DNA of 28,602 nucleotides from a virus (IMGVR_UViG_3300032001_000035:1-28602); one strand, 5' to 3'; positions 8,338 through 16,640 are shown, counted from the first letter of the stretch. The notes: generated by a model not told the origin, from the letters alone. Numbers and translations: made by a program.

Positions 8338-8660
8338 GCCCTCGCCTGCACGCACGCCTTGGTGCGGGTCGCGTCCGCCGTTGCCTGCACAATCCGGAAC
8401 CGGATGTACGGGTGGAGCACCGCCACCGTCGCCGGGGTGGCGCCCACCGCCGCGTAGACGATGTCGGTCTCCTGGACGCTGCCGTCGAAGCTGCCCTCCA
8501 CCGTCAGCGTCGTCGTCCCCGTCGTGTTCGTGAACACATACGAGATAAACAGGTTCGTGTACCCGGACGTGTCGAACCAGCCGCTGACCACCGGCGACCC
8601 GGCGACCGTCACCGGCGTGATGTACTCCCAGACCTTCCAGCCCGGCGGCGTCACCGGCAT
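8334..8660 (-). CDS. Small beta-sandwich (jelly-roll-like) virion protein
   Basis: SGWFDTSGY...TLTVEGSFDG...PYIRFR pattern typical of small phage beta-sandwich spike/decoration proteins. Confidence 0.65.
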   Translation of the reverse strand: MPVTPPGWKVWEYITPVTVAGSPVVSGWFDTSGYTNLFISYVFTNTTGTTTLTVEGSFDGSVQETDIVYAAVGATPATVAVLHPYIRFRIVQATADATRTKACVQARA

Positions 8661-8891
8661 CTACTCCGCCGCCCTCGCCGCGCGGGACGCGCGGGCAGGC
8701 TTCGCCAGCTCCGGCTCCCCCGCATCCAGCAGCCGGAACAGTGGCAGGCGCCCGGGGTCGGCCTTCGCCGCCGCCAGGTCCCGTTTCACCAGCTCATGCG
8801 TCTCCGGCAGCGGCTCCCCCTTCGCCACCAGCCGTTCCGTGCCGTCCTCAAGCCCGGCGACGAACGTGTCCTGCGCCTGGTAATACCGCAC
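8661..8891 (-). CDS. Small hypothetical protein downstream of capsid
   Basis: 76 aa; abuts both neighbours; basic Ala-rich tail. Confidence 0.65.
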   Translation of the reverse strand: MRYYQAQDTFVAGLEDGTERLVAKGEPLPETHELVKRDLAAAKADPGRLPLFRLLDAGEPELAKPARASRAARAAE

Positions 8892-9107
8892 TCAGCTCAC
8901 TGTTCCTCTCGGGTAAACGGCCAGCCACGCTGCCATCAGCGGCCCCACCGTCGCCGCCGTCGGCGCGGTCGCCGTCCAGTCCGCCGCCCACGTCGCGATC
9001 GTCGTCGCATCCGTGACCGTGTCACGCGTCGCCCCCGCCGGGACGGTGAGCATCGCACCGCTGGCCAGTTGCACGCAGTACTGGTTCGTGGCGTAGTTCG
9101 CCGCCAT
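8892..9107 (-). CDS. Small hypothetical protein
   Basis: 71 aa; RBS AAGGAAGG upstream. Confidence 0.65.
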   Translation of the reverse strand: MAANYATNQYCVQLASGAMLTVPAGATRDTVTDATTIATWAADWTATAPTAATVGPLMAAWLAVYPRGTVS

Positions 9108-9149
9108 GACCTGCCGCCTTCCTTATGCCACCGTGATATCGTGGTTGGC

Positions 9150-9347
9150 ATGGTTACCGATGAGGAAGTTCAAAACGAAACCGAGACCGTGACCTATGCG
9201 GTCTTCACCGTCCGGCTGCCCTACGAGCACCACCAGGCGCTGCGCCGTATCGCCTTCGAGCATGGCGGCTCAATCAACGGAGCGATCCGCAATCTCGTTG
9301 CGGACTACACCCAGGAACATCTCGATGGCTGCCCTGTCTGCGGCTGA
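9150..9347 (+). CDS. Arc-like ribbon-helix-helix DNA-binding protein (65 aa)
   Basis: FTVRLPYEHHQALRRIAFEHGGSINGAIRNLV is a clear RHH pattern; ATG lies 7 nt after TATCGT (9137-9142), suggesting a leaderless transcript. Confidence 0.75.
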   Translation: MVTDEEVQNETETVTYAVFTVRLPYEHHQALRRIAFEHGGSINGAIRNLVADYTQEHLDGCPVCG

Positions 9348-9672
9348 GCGCGAGGTCTGGCGCGTCTGGAACCTGCTCTCCGACGACGACCCCGCCCCCG
9401 TTAAGCACATCGCCCGCACCCTCGGCATGGAACCCGCCGCCGTCGCGTTCATCGTCTACCCAGCCGAGCGGTTCGGCCCATGGGCCGATGACCAGGACCT
9501 CGTCCGGGTAGTGCTCCACCACGAACGCGATAACTTCTTCGAGGCGCTGACCGGTGGGCTGCATCGTCACCCACAGCTCTAGGTTTTCCGGCCGGTTATC
9601 ATGCCGGATCCCGTTGCGATGGTGGACGTTCTCCCACCGTTCTAGCGGGCAGCCGCTTTCTGTGCAATCCAT
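9274..9672 (-). pseudogene. Internally deleted HNH homing endonuclease
   Basis: RBS AGGAAGG; MDCTESGC joined directly to PLERWENVHHRNGIRHDNRPENLELW..QPTGQR (HNH core); the usual intervening region is absent. Confidence 0.75.
9325..9582 (+). CDS. Small HTH-like protein
   Basis: LSAAEREVWRVWNLLSDDDPAPVKHIARTLGMEPAAVAFIV is HTH-like; overlaps the RHH gene end; C-terminus reads antisense into the HNH remnant. Confidence 0.5.
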   Translation: MAALSAAEREVWRVWNLLSDDDPAPVKHIARTLGMEPAAVAFIVYPAERFGPWADDQDLVRVVLHHERDNFFEALTGGLHRHPQL

Positions 9673-9690
9673 TCTTCAGCCTTCCTGTGA

Positions 9691-9751
9691 TCGGTGGCCG
9701 GAAACGCACAGGAATACGTCTCCGGCCACCGACGGCTTTCGAATTGTACCA
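9691..9751 (-). promoter_or_regulatory. Extended -10 promoter (TGGTACAAT) and 18-bp hairpin upstream of the HNH gene
   Basis: TGnTACAAT at 9751-9743; stem TCGGTGGCCGGAGACGTA / TGCGTTTCCGGCCACCGA at 9732-9691. Confidence 0.6.
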
Positions 9752-9787
9752 CATTTCACATTTTGGAGTTGCGTGGAAACTCGCAGG

Positions 9788-11170
9788 TCAGAGACCCTTC
9801 ATAACCCTAAAGCCATTCACGACAGCGACTGTGGAACCAGTCCTCCAAAACATGAACCAGCCCGCTTGCCCGCTCGGGAGCTGGGAGCCGGAGCCTTTCA
9901 CGAGGGGCTCATAAATCAACGAAACGCCCACGCGATCGACTATGAAGAACTGCCCGAAGTCCCCCATCACCGCGAGCAGGTTCGTGGACGCCAGCGTGGA
10001 CGCCATCGTGGTCGACTCGTAGATCGGGGCGCCGAGCAGCGTCTCCGGCTGCCCCTTGCCCAGGTTCGTCCAGAACGACGCGCCGCCGGCGGTGTCGAGC
10101 TGCCGGAACTTGTTGATGATCGCGACGTTGGCGACCCACGCGCACCCGGGGGCGTTGCGGAACCGGGGCGGGAGGGCCTGCTGGGTGGCGTACACGTCGC
10201 CAATGGCGATCACCAGCGTGGTCGCCGTGGTCACGACGGTGGTCGCGCCGGTGATGACGCCCTGCGGCACGCCACCGGAGCCGGCGCCGGTCGCGAACGC
10301 CGCCTCCTCGAGCCGGTCCTTCGCGTCCGCGAGCAGCCTTGGGAGCTGCTGGCCGAAGTCGGTGTCCTCCAGCACTTCGTAGGAACCGAACACCCACGCG
10401 GCGGCCTTCTGCGGCGTGACCACCACGTTCGCGACCGTCGGGGACGCGTCGGCGGCGGTGGAACCTTCAGTGAGCCACGCGGCGGTGACACCGGCGGACG
10501 TGACGCCGTTCCACGTGTTCGACGTGGTCTGCTTGACGTTGCTGATCCGCCGCCACGGGTTCGCCGACCCGGTGTTGGTGAGGATGATCGTCGGGTCCAG
10601 GACGAACGGCAGCAGGTACCCGCCGTTGGCCAGGGTCAGGGACAGCGCGGCACGCTGTGCCATCCCCTCCGGGTCCTCCATGTAGGCGCGGAACGCCTCC
10701 TGGTACTCCGGCGACCCGGTGAGCAGGCAGTGCCGGGCGATCCCCGGGCTGTCCTGCACCTTGACCGTCGCCGCCTCGGCCAGGTCGTGCGCCAGGCCGC
10801 CGCGCTTGGCCTCCAGCTCGATCGCGTCGAGGCCGCGGGCGCGCAGGTCGGCGCGGGTGACGAGCCGGTCGCGTACCGCCTGCAGGTCGTCGTAGGGGTC
10901 GCGGCCGCTGCGGATCACCAGGTCCGGGGTGTCCCGGCCGATCGGCTTCTCCAGGTTGCCGTCGTCGCCGGCGGCGCGGGTGATGCCGCGGATGCGCTCC
11001 ATCCGCTCGATGATCGGCTTGGACTCGGTGTCCAGCTGCTCCCACCGGGCGACCAGGGTGTCGCGCACGTCACCCTCGGTTTCCTCGGTGACGGTGTCGT
11101 CTTCCTCCATGCGCTGGAGTTCGGCCTTGATCCGGGCCATCTCGTCCAGCTTGTCCTTCAGCGTGGGCAT
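9788..11170 (-). CDS. Major capsid protein, HK97 fold, with N-terminal delta domain
   Basis: Coiled-coil N-terminus, ANGGYLLP, AAWLTEG, LLGAPIYES, GDFGQFFIVDRVG; RBS GGGAGG. Confidence 0.95.
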   Translation of the reverse strand: MPTLKDKLDEMARIKAELQRMEEDDTVTEETEGDVRDTLVARWEQLDTESKPIIERMERIRGITRAAGDDGNLEKPIGRDTPDLVIRSGRDPYDDLQAVRDRLVTRADLRARGLDAIELEAKRGGLAHDLAEAATVKVQDSPGIARHCLLTGSPEYQEAFRAYMEDPEGMAQRAALSLTLANGGYLLPFVLDPTIILTNTGSANPWRRISNVKQTTSNTWNGVTSAGVTAAWLTEGSTAADASPTVANVVVTPQKAAAWVFGSYEVLEDTDFGQQLPRLLADAKDRLEEAAFATGAGSGGVPQGVITGATTVVTTATTLVIAIGDVYATQQALPPRFRNAPGCAWVANVAIINKFRQLDTAGGASFWTNLGKGQPETLLGAPIYESTTMASTLASTNLLAVMGDFGQFFIVDRVGVSLIYEPLVKGSGSQLPSGQAGWFMFWRTGSTVAVVNGFRVMKGL

Positions 11171-11193
11171 GCCACGCCTCCCTTACGGTCTGG

Positions 11194-12417
11194 TTACCAG
11201 ACCAGCCCGGCCTTCTCGCGCGCCTCCTTGGAGCGCAGGACGTAGAGGGCGTGCTGGTGATACCGGGCCGAGTGCTGGTCTTCTGCCAGCGGCTCACCGG
11301 CGGCGGCTTCCCCGTCGGGGGGAAGTGCCAGTGACTCGTCCGGCTCCCAGGCACCGGGAGTGGACATGCGGACGCCGTTGATCTCGGCGCCCTCGTACGC
11401 GGGGAACAGCACCGGGCCGAACTCGCGCAGGCCCAGCTCGGCGCGCCGCACGACGGTTAGCCGCCCCGAGGAGTCGGGGCGGTACCGGCCGCGGGCGGCC
11501 TCCGGGTCGGAGCGGACGATCCTGCCGGTGAACGACATGGACGTGACCGCGCCGGAGTTCACCAGTTCCAGGACTTCCTCGGCGAGCGGAGTGGCGTTAA
11601 ACCGGCTCCGCGTCAGCAGCCCCCGCGACGTGGCCTCGATGGACACCGGCGTCGCGATGGGCATCCCGAACCGGGACTCAATCCCGCCTTCCATATTGCG
11701 GCCATGGTTGAACATCACCTTGACCGCGCTGAAACCCTGCCGGGACCGCTTCAGGTCATCGAGGCGCTTGTTGAACGCGTGCGGTTCGATGACCTCCAGG
11801 TAGTGGCCCTGCGGGTCCTTGATCTCGGTTTCGGTGCTGAACACCGCGGCGAACGCCTCCATGGTGCGCCCGTCGCCGCCGTCCGCCGACCGGACGATGT
11901 GCAGGTCCTCCAGCGGGTAGTCGCGCATCAGCTCCGACCGGGATGCGCTCCCGCTGTCGTCGCTGTCGCTGATGTCGATGCCGAACTTCTTGCACGCGGC
12001 CCGGATCCGGTCCTTCACCTCGGACAGGGTGACGCCGTTCATCGGGTACATGCCGGCGTTTTTCGCCTTGTTGATGTAGGCCCAGGCCGCGCGGGCGTGC
12101 TCCTCGGTGTCAATCGGGTACTTGCCGTTTTTGGGGTCGGCATAGGTGACGTTGCCGTACGGCTTGTTGCTGTCAGCCACTGCTGACCTCCCGGTCTCCT
12201 TCTTGACAAGTTCGGCGTGCTGCGCCGGCCACATCCCGGTCGCCGCCTTATGAGCAAGATCGCAATACCCGCGCGGGTCGCGGATGTACTTGCCGAGGTG
12301 ATGGACGCACCGGTCGAAATCCCCGGGCTCCATCCAGCGGATCTTCGCCGCGCCCTCGCCGTGCACCCAGTACTCGTGCAGCCGTTCGGTGGCCGCGGCG
12401 TCCCCGGCGTCAGCCAT
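11194..12417 (-). CDS. Prohead protease (HK97 family) with two N-terminal accessory domains
   Basis: C-terminal GRTMEAFAAVF...EVIEPHAF...VMFNHG...MSFTG...EFGPVLFPAY; preceded by YWVHGEGAAKIRW..PGDFDRC and YPIDTEEHARAAWAYI domains. Start ATG 12417 overlaps the portal end. Confidence 0.88.
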   Translation of the reverse strand: MADAGDAAATERLHEYWVHGEGAAKIRWMEPGDFDRCVHHLGKYIRDPRGYCDLAHKAATGMWPAQHAELVKKETGRSAVADSNKPYGNVTYADPKNGKYPIDTEEHARAAWAYINKAKNAGMYPMNGVTLSEVKDRIRAACKKFGIDISDSDDSGSASRSELMRDYPLEDLHIVRSADGGDGRTMEAFAAVFSTETEIKDPQGHYLEVIEPHAFNKRLDDLKRSRQGFSAVKVMFNHGRNMEGGIESRFGMPIATPVSIEATSRGLLTRSRFNATPLAEEVLELVNSGAVTSMSFTGRIVRSDPEAARGRYRPDSSGRLTVVRRAELGLREFGPVLFPAYEGAEINGVRMSTPGAWEPDESLALPPDGEAAAGEPLAEDQHSARYHQHALYVLRSKEAREKAGLVW

Positions 12418-13822
12418 GGCCGTTAGTGAGCGCCCGGCGCGCGGACGCCGGAACCGGCCCCGGCCTGGTGCCGTTGCCCCCGTCACCTGGCGACGTGGAC
12501 CCCACCGGCAGGCGTCCCAGCGTCGGCGGCAGCGGGTCCGCGGTCGCTCCCGGCTGCTGCTGCCCGAGGAGGTGCTGCACCTGCGGGCCGCCGCCCGGGG
12601 TGCCCATCCCGCCGGCCTGCAGCTGCGACAGGTCCATCGCGTCCACGGCCGCCACCGCGGACTCGTGGGTGTAGCCGGCCTGCACCAGGGCCAGCAGCGC
12701 CTGCGCCTTCACCAGCGCCGTCTGCCCGCGTTCCATCTCCCCGTCCTGCAGGGCGGCGATGTCCCCGGTGTCGAACCACAGCCGGTTCCCCCCCGGCACG
12801 TCCAGCAGCGCCTCGAGCGCCCCGCACGCGCTGCGCCACTGCGGCCGGGCCCACAGGTTGGCGAACTTCTGCATCGACTCCTGGTAGCCGCGCCCCGCGC
12901 CGCGCAGCGGCTCGAGGCCCACCAGCACACCTGGCACCTGCGCATCGGCAAGGATGCGCTCCGTCCCCGCCTGCATCACGCCCGTGAAGTCCATCTGCGA
13001 GAACGAGTTCCCGACGACGGTGAAATCGGCGCCCTGGTCCAGGACCAGGGTCTTGAAGGCGTTCGCCGCGCCGCCGTAACGGGCCTTCATCCGCTCCCGG
13101 ATGCTGTCAACCGTCCCCGGCTGCAGCTTCTGCGCGTACTTGATGATCACGTTCGGCGTAGCCGCGTTGTCCAGGTATTTCACCTTGTACTGGGTCATGC
13201 CGTCGTCGCCCTGCACGTCCCGGTACGCCGGCGTCAGCCACGACATGCCCCTGAAGTCAGCGTTAGGGTCCGGGATCGGCGCCCAGTGCACCACCTCATC
13301 CGCCGGGATGAAGAACCCGCGGCCCTGCCCCATCACCGACCGGGGCGGCTCCCACCAGTAGCCGACCTTGCGCCGGTACTGGCCGCCGCCGCCCACCGCC
13401 GTCAGCTCGGAGACGATCGTCGTCCAGTCCGGCCGCAGCCTGACAAGGCGGTCCTCACCCGGCGCGTCCCACGTGTAGGAATTCCCCGCCAGGCTGACGT
13501 CCTGCTCCATCCGCGCCAGCAGCTGCTGGGACGTGCTGCCCGTGCCGAACGGGACCTCCAGCTTCTCCAGCGTCGTGTTGCCGAACAGGTGCCGGTCATC
13601 TTTCGCCTGGTACTGGAACGTCGCCTCCGCGAACAGCGACATCCGCACATAAAGCGCCGCGAACACGATCGAGCTCGACCCGTGCGCGTTCTGCGCCCAC
13701 ACCGACCACTGCGGCAGGATCGCCTCACGGTCCGGGCTCCCGTAGGTGGTTGTCAGGACCGCCGCGCCGGAAGACAGGCCCTCCCAGTAATCCCGGCGGA
13801 TCCACCGGTCCCACAACCTCAC
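12410..13822 (-). CDS. Portal protein
   Basis: LAGNSY, LRPDW, DEVVHW...FRGMS, YLDNAATP, NAFKTLVLDQGADF motifs (HK97-like portal); GTG 13822 overlaps the upstream stop. Confidence 0.92.
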   Translation of the reverse strand: MRLWDRWIRRDYWEGLSSGAAVLTTTYGSPDREAILPQWSVWAQNAHGSSSIVFAALYVRMSLFAEATFQYQAKDDRHLFGNTTLEKLEVPFGTGSTSQQLLARMEQDVSLAGNSYTWDAPGEDRLVRLRPDWTTIVSELTAVGGGGQYRRKVGYWWEPPRSVMGQGRGFFIPADEVVHWAPIPDPNADFRGMSWLTPAYRDVQGDDGMTQYKVKYLDNAATPNVIIKYAQKLQPGTVDSIRERMKARYGGAANAFKTLVLDQGADFTVVGNSFSQMDFTGVMQAGTERILADAQVPGVLVGLEPLRGAGRGYQESMQKFANLWARPQWRSACGALEALLDVPGGNRLWFDTGDIAALQDGEMERGQTALVKAQALLALVQAGYTHESAVAAVDAMDLSQLQAGGMGTPGGGPQVQHLLGQQQPGATADPLPPTLGRLPVGSTSPGDGGNGTRPGPVPASARRALTNGHG

Positions 13823-14231
13823 CGAGACACCACCTGCCGCCATGCTTCTGCCCAGTCGGAGCGTGCGCTGGCCTGCTTCGAGCCGGCCCTCTGCCAATGG
13901 CGCACGGGGAGAAGATCCACGCCGTGCTGACGTGCGGCGGCATAACGGTGATGGCCGTCTGTCAGCAAGTTGCCGTTAAGCACTTCAAGGGGGGTCGGAT
14001 GCCATCCGTGCTTGGCGATAACCCTGTTGAGTTGCTCTTGGCCTACAAATGGCTTCCGCCGGTAACGCTGTTCCACCGTCTCACCGGCTTCTCCCAGGTC
14101 AGAGAGCAGTTTCCCGACGTCTTCAGTCTTCATGAACTTGACGTCTGACGGATAAGAGTCCGCAGGCCGTGGAATGCCATTGACCATCCATGAACGTAAC
14201 CATGCGGGCCAGCGCGGTAGGCCATAGTCAC
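13819..14231 (-). CDS. ParB/Sulfiredoxin-like domain protein, probably frameshifted near its 5' end
   Basis: PLEVLNGNLLTDGHHRYAAARQHGVDLLPV is a ParB-N motif. The coupled start at 14231 (GTGA) is in a different frame from the ParB domain. Confidence 0.65.
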
Positions 14232-14386
14232 GGCACCGGGTCCTCTCCGGCATGCCCATAAGATGGAAACCTGCTGCGGTGCCCGAACCGCACCGTAGAC
14301 CTGGCGGTCAGCCCGGCCGTTACGGCGGCAGAGAACGGCACAGCCCGGACGGGGTGAACGCGGCCAGGGTCCACGCGCTGGCTCAC
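14228..14386 (-). CDS. Small hypothetical protein (52 aa)
   Basis: GTGA overlaps at both ends; MSQRVDPGRVHPVRAVPF...GEDPVP. Confidence 0.4.
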   Translation of the reverse strand: MSQRVDPGRVHPVRAVPFSAAVTAGLTARSTVRFGHRSRFPSYGHAGEDPVP

Positions 14387-14589
14387 GGCCCAGACGCCAC
14401 TTCCACGGTCACGCCGCCATCAACGATCACCAGAGGAAAGTCGTCAGGCAACTGAAGAAACACGCGCACCCGCACGCGGAGGGTTTCGGCCTGCGCTGGG
14501 GTTACGTGCCCCTCGCAACGGACGATGAGCCGGTCGCCGGGCTGAATGCTCCAGCGGCGGATCTCGGAAACCTCCGGAAGCGTGCTCAC
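14383..14589 (-). CDS. Hypothetical protein
   Basis: 68 aa; GTGA overlaps with both neighbours. Confidence 0.6.
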   Translation of the reverse strand: MSTLPEVSEIRRWSIQPGDRLIVRCEGHVTPAQAETLRVRVRVFLQLPDDFPLVIVDGGVTVEVASGP

Positions 14590-14807
14590 GACGCCCGGGC
14601 CCTCTCCAGCACCTCAGCCAGCGTCGCGCCCTGCCCCGGCCGCGGCAGCGACGCGTGGCCGGTGCCATCGTCGCGCAGCACGCCCCAGGCAACTGCCAGG
14701 GCGCCCTCGGCGATCAGGACCAAGCCCAGGCACCACCGGGCCACCAGCCACCCGCCCAGCAGGGCGATGAGGGCACCCAGGACACAGGCGACCGCTGACG
14801 TGCGCAT
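14586..14807 (-). CDS. Small two-TM membrane protein
   Basis: Two hydrophobic segments; RBS AGGAGG; common position between terminase and portal. Confidence 0.7.
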   Translation of the reverse strand: MRTSAVACVLGALIALLGGWLVARWCLGLVLIAEGALAVAWGVLRDDGTGHASLPRPGQGATLAEVLERARAS

Positions 14808-14815
14808 GCCGCCTC

Positions 14816-16255
14816 CTAGATCACCCAGACGCCCACGTCACCTGACGGGCCGCGCTCACCGAACCCCCACAACGCCAGCGTCACCGCCACCAGCGGGCTG
14901 ATGTCCGCCGCCGAGCCTTTCCGCGCCCACGTCCGGCCCTCCGACACGTCCCGCGTCCCCGCCGCGCCCAAAGCCGCCGACAGCGGCTGATCGCCCCGGT
15001 GCCGCAGCGACGCGGAGTCCACGGCGGCGTCGTAGAACTGGCCGAACGCTTGCGCCACCTCACGCGGCGCCGGCGACAGCACGCCCACCCCGTTTTGCTC
15101 GAGCTCGGTCACGAACGAGCCCTCATGGCCGGCCTCATCGACCACCACCGCGCAGGGGGAATGCTTCTGGTACAACTCCAGCAGGCGCGGCACCACCCAC
15201 GCCGTGCCCTCCCGGTAATCGGCGACCTCCACGTGCAGGCAACCGTCCTGGCGGCGCCCGCACACGCCGACCGCCGCATGCCCCCGGTGGTCCGACACCG
15301 CCGCCGCGAACGCCACCGGCGCCAAAGGCTCTGACCGCGCGTCCAGCAGGGACAGCCACGCCGCTTTCGGCACCACCGCCCACGCGTCCGCCGCGCCCAG
15401 CGGGTACCGGCCGATCGTCAGCCGCTCCGCCGCGAACGCCGCCTCCGACAGCGCCGACCGCTCCTGGGCGATGTACTCCGGGGTGATCCTGATCCCCAGC
15501 GCCGGGTTCGCCTTCGCCCACGTCACCAGATCCGCAGGGTCGTCGCCGTCCTCCGCCGACCACTCGAAAAACGCCAGCGACGGGTCACCGCCCCGCAGGC
15601 CACGGTCCCGCACCCTCCCCAGCTGCGTGCTCGCCTCCGTGCCCGCCGACGCCGCATACCACACCTGCGGGTCACGCCGCGCCGACAGGGTCGGCAGGAG
15701 GGCCGCCATCGGCTCATCCGTCAGCTTCTGCGCCTCGTCCATCACGATCAGGTCCCCGGAGAAGCCGCGGCCGGATCCGGACGACCTGGCCACGAACCGC
15801 AGCCGGGTGCCGTCCTTCAGCTCGATCGCCTCCGCGCCGGTCTGCGTCCGCACCCGGGACACCTCGCGGTCGAAATCCGGCGACGACTGGATCAGCGCCA
15901 GCATCCGGCGGAAGTGCTCGCTGCACGTCTTGAACTCATGCGCCGAATGCAGGATCAGCCGCACATGGTCGAACAGGAACAGGCCGGCCAGCTCCAGGGC
16001 CTCCAGGACGGCCCCTTTTCCGTTCTGGCGTGCACAGATCAGGCACGTCTCGAACGCCGCCCATTTGCCGTCCCGGCGGCCCAGCGACTCCCGCAGCACG
16101 TACGCCTGCCACGGGTCCAGCACCAGCCCCGCCGCCGACGCCAGCTGCACCACCAGGTCACCCTCAGACGAGGTGTACGGCGGCACCGACCACAACCGGG
16201 GCTTCTGGTCACCCCTCAGCGGCCCGCGCGCCCCGCTTGGCCCGGAGTTCGTCAA
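14816..16255 (-). CDS. terL: Terminase large subunit
   Basis: LDPWQ, Walker A ARQNGKG, Walker B LIVMDEAQ, WAKANPALG, C-terminal DISPLVAVTLA. Confidence 0.95.
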   Translation of the reverse strand: MTNSGPSGARGPLRGDQKPRLWSVPPYTSSEGDLVVQLASAAGLVLDPWQAYVLRESLGRRDGKWAAFETCLICARQNGKGAVLEALELAGLFLFDHVRLILHSAHEFKTCSEHFRRMLALIQSSPDFDREVSRVRTQTGAEAIELKDGTRLRFVARSSGSGRGFSGDLIVMDEAQKLTDEPMAALLPTLSARRDPQVWYAASAGTEASTQLGRVRDRGLRGGDPSLAFFEWSAEDGDDPADLVTWAKANPALGIRITPEYIAQERSALSEAAFAAERLTIGRYPLGAADAWAVVPKAAWLSLLDARSEPLAPVAFAAAVSDHRGHAAVGVCGRRQDGCLHVEVADYREGTAWVVPRLLELYQKHSPCAVVVDEAGHEGSFVTELEQNGVGVLSPAPREVAQAFGQFYDAAVDSASLRHRGDQPLSAALGAAGTRDVSEGRTWARKGSAADISPLVAVTLALWGFGERGPSGDVGVWVI

Positions 16256-16484
16256 CCTGGCTCCTCGCCGGCCTCAGCTCAGCCGCCCGGGCCCGCAACG
16301 CGGCCATGATGTCGTGAACCTGCTTCGCCGCCTGCGCCGCCGCCACCGCGCCCCGCGCCCGGTCGATCTGCGCGCCCAGGGACACAACCAGGGCCGCGTC
16401 GGCAGTATCACGCACCGAAACTTGCATCCCGCGCAGCTCGGCCCTGACCGCCCGTTCAACCGGCCCATACTCGCGGATGGTCAC
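16209..16484 (-). CDS. terS: Terminase small subunit
   Basis: 91 aa helical protein ending SQVDELRAKR, directly upstream of terL; RBS GGAGG. Confidence 0.8.
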   Translation of the reverse strand: MTIREYGPVERAVRAELRGMQVSVRDTADAALVVSLGAQIDRARGAVAAAQAAKQVHDIMAALRARAAELRPARSQVDELRAKRGARAAEG

Positions 16485-16489
16485 CCTCC

Positions 16490-16640
16490 GTGGTCAATGG
16501 TTGAAGGTGCAAACAAAAGTTTGGCTGCGGGGTCACGGCAGGGCCCTCCTGGCGGATTCGCGACCCGTTGACCTGCGGAAACTAGAAATGTCCGGTTTGA
16601 CCGTGGTGGAGGGCCGGAAGGCCGGATTACCAGCCATCAC
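16490..16640. other. Candidate cos/packaging initiation region
   Basis: Non-coding gap between packaging HNH and terS, the usual cos position in HK97-like phages; GC-rich GACCCCGCAGCC next to an AT-rich tract (16511-16535). Cut site cannot be determined. Confidence 0.5.

Noticed and set aside
7794-9149. N-terminal 450 aa of ORF 7794..9347
   Set aside because: Shadow frame; only the last 65 aa (from ATG 9150) look like a real RHH protein.
5938-9338. 15-bp inverted match GATGGCTGCCCTGTC at 5938-5952 and 9324-9338 (both ORFs start MAALSA)
   Set aside because: About one such match is expected by chance in a GC-rich 28 kb window; no invertase or other sign of an invertible segment.
13823-13897. 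Longer portal start at 13897 given by the ORF track
   Set aside because: Would overlap the ParB-like gene extensively; GTG 13822 has GTGA coupling and an SD-like AGGTGG.
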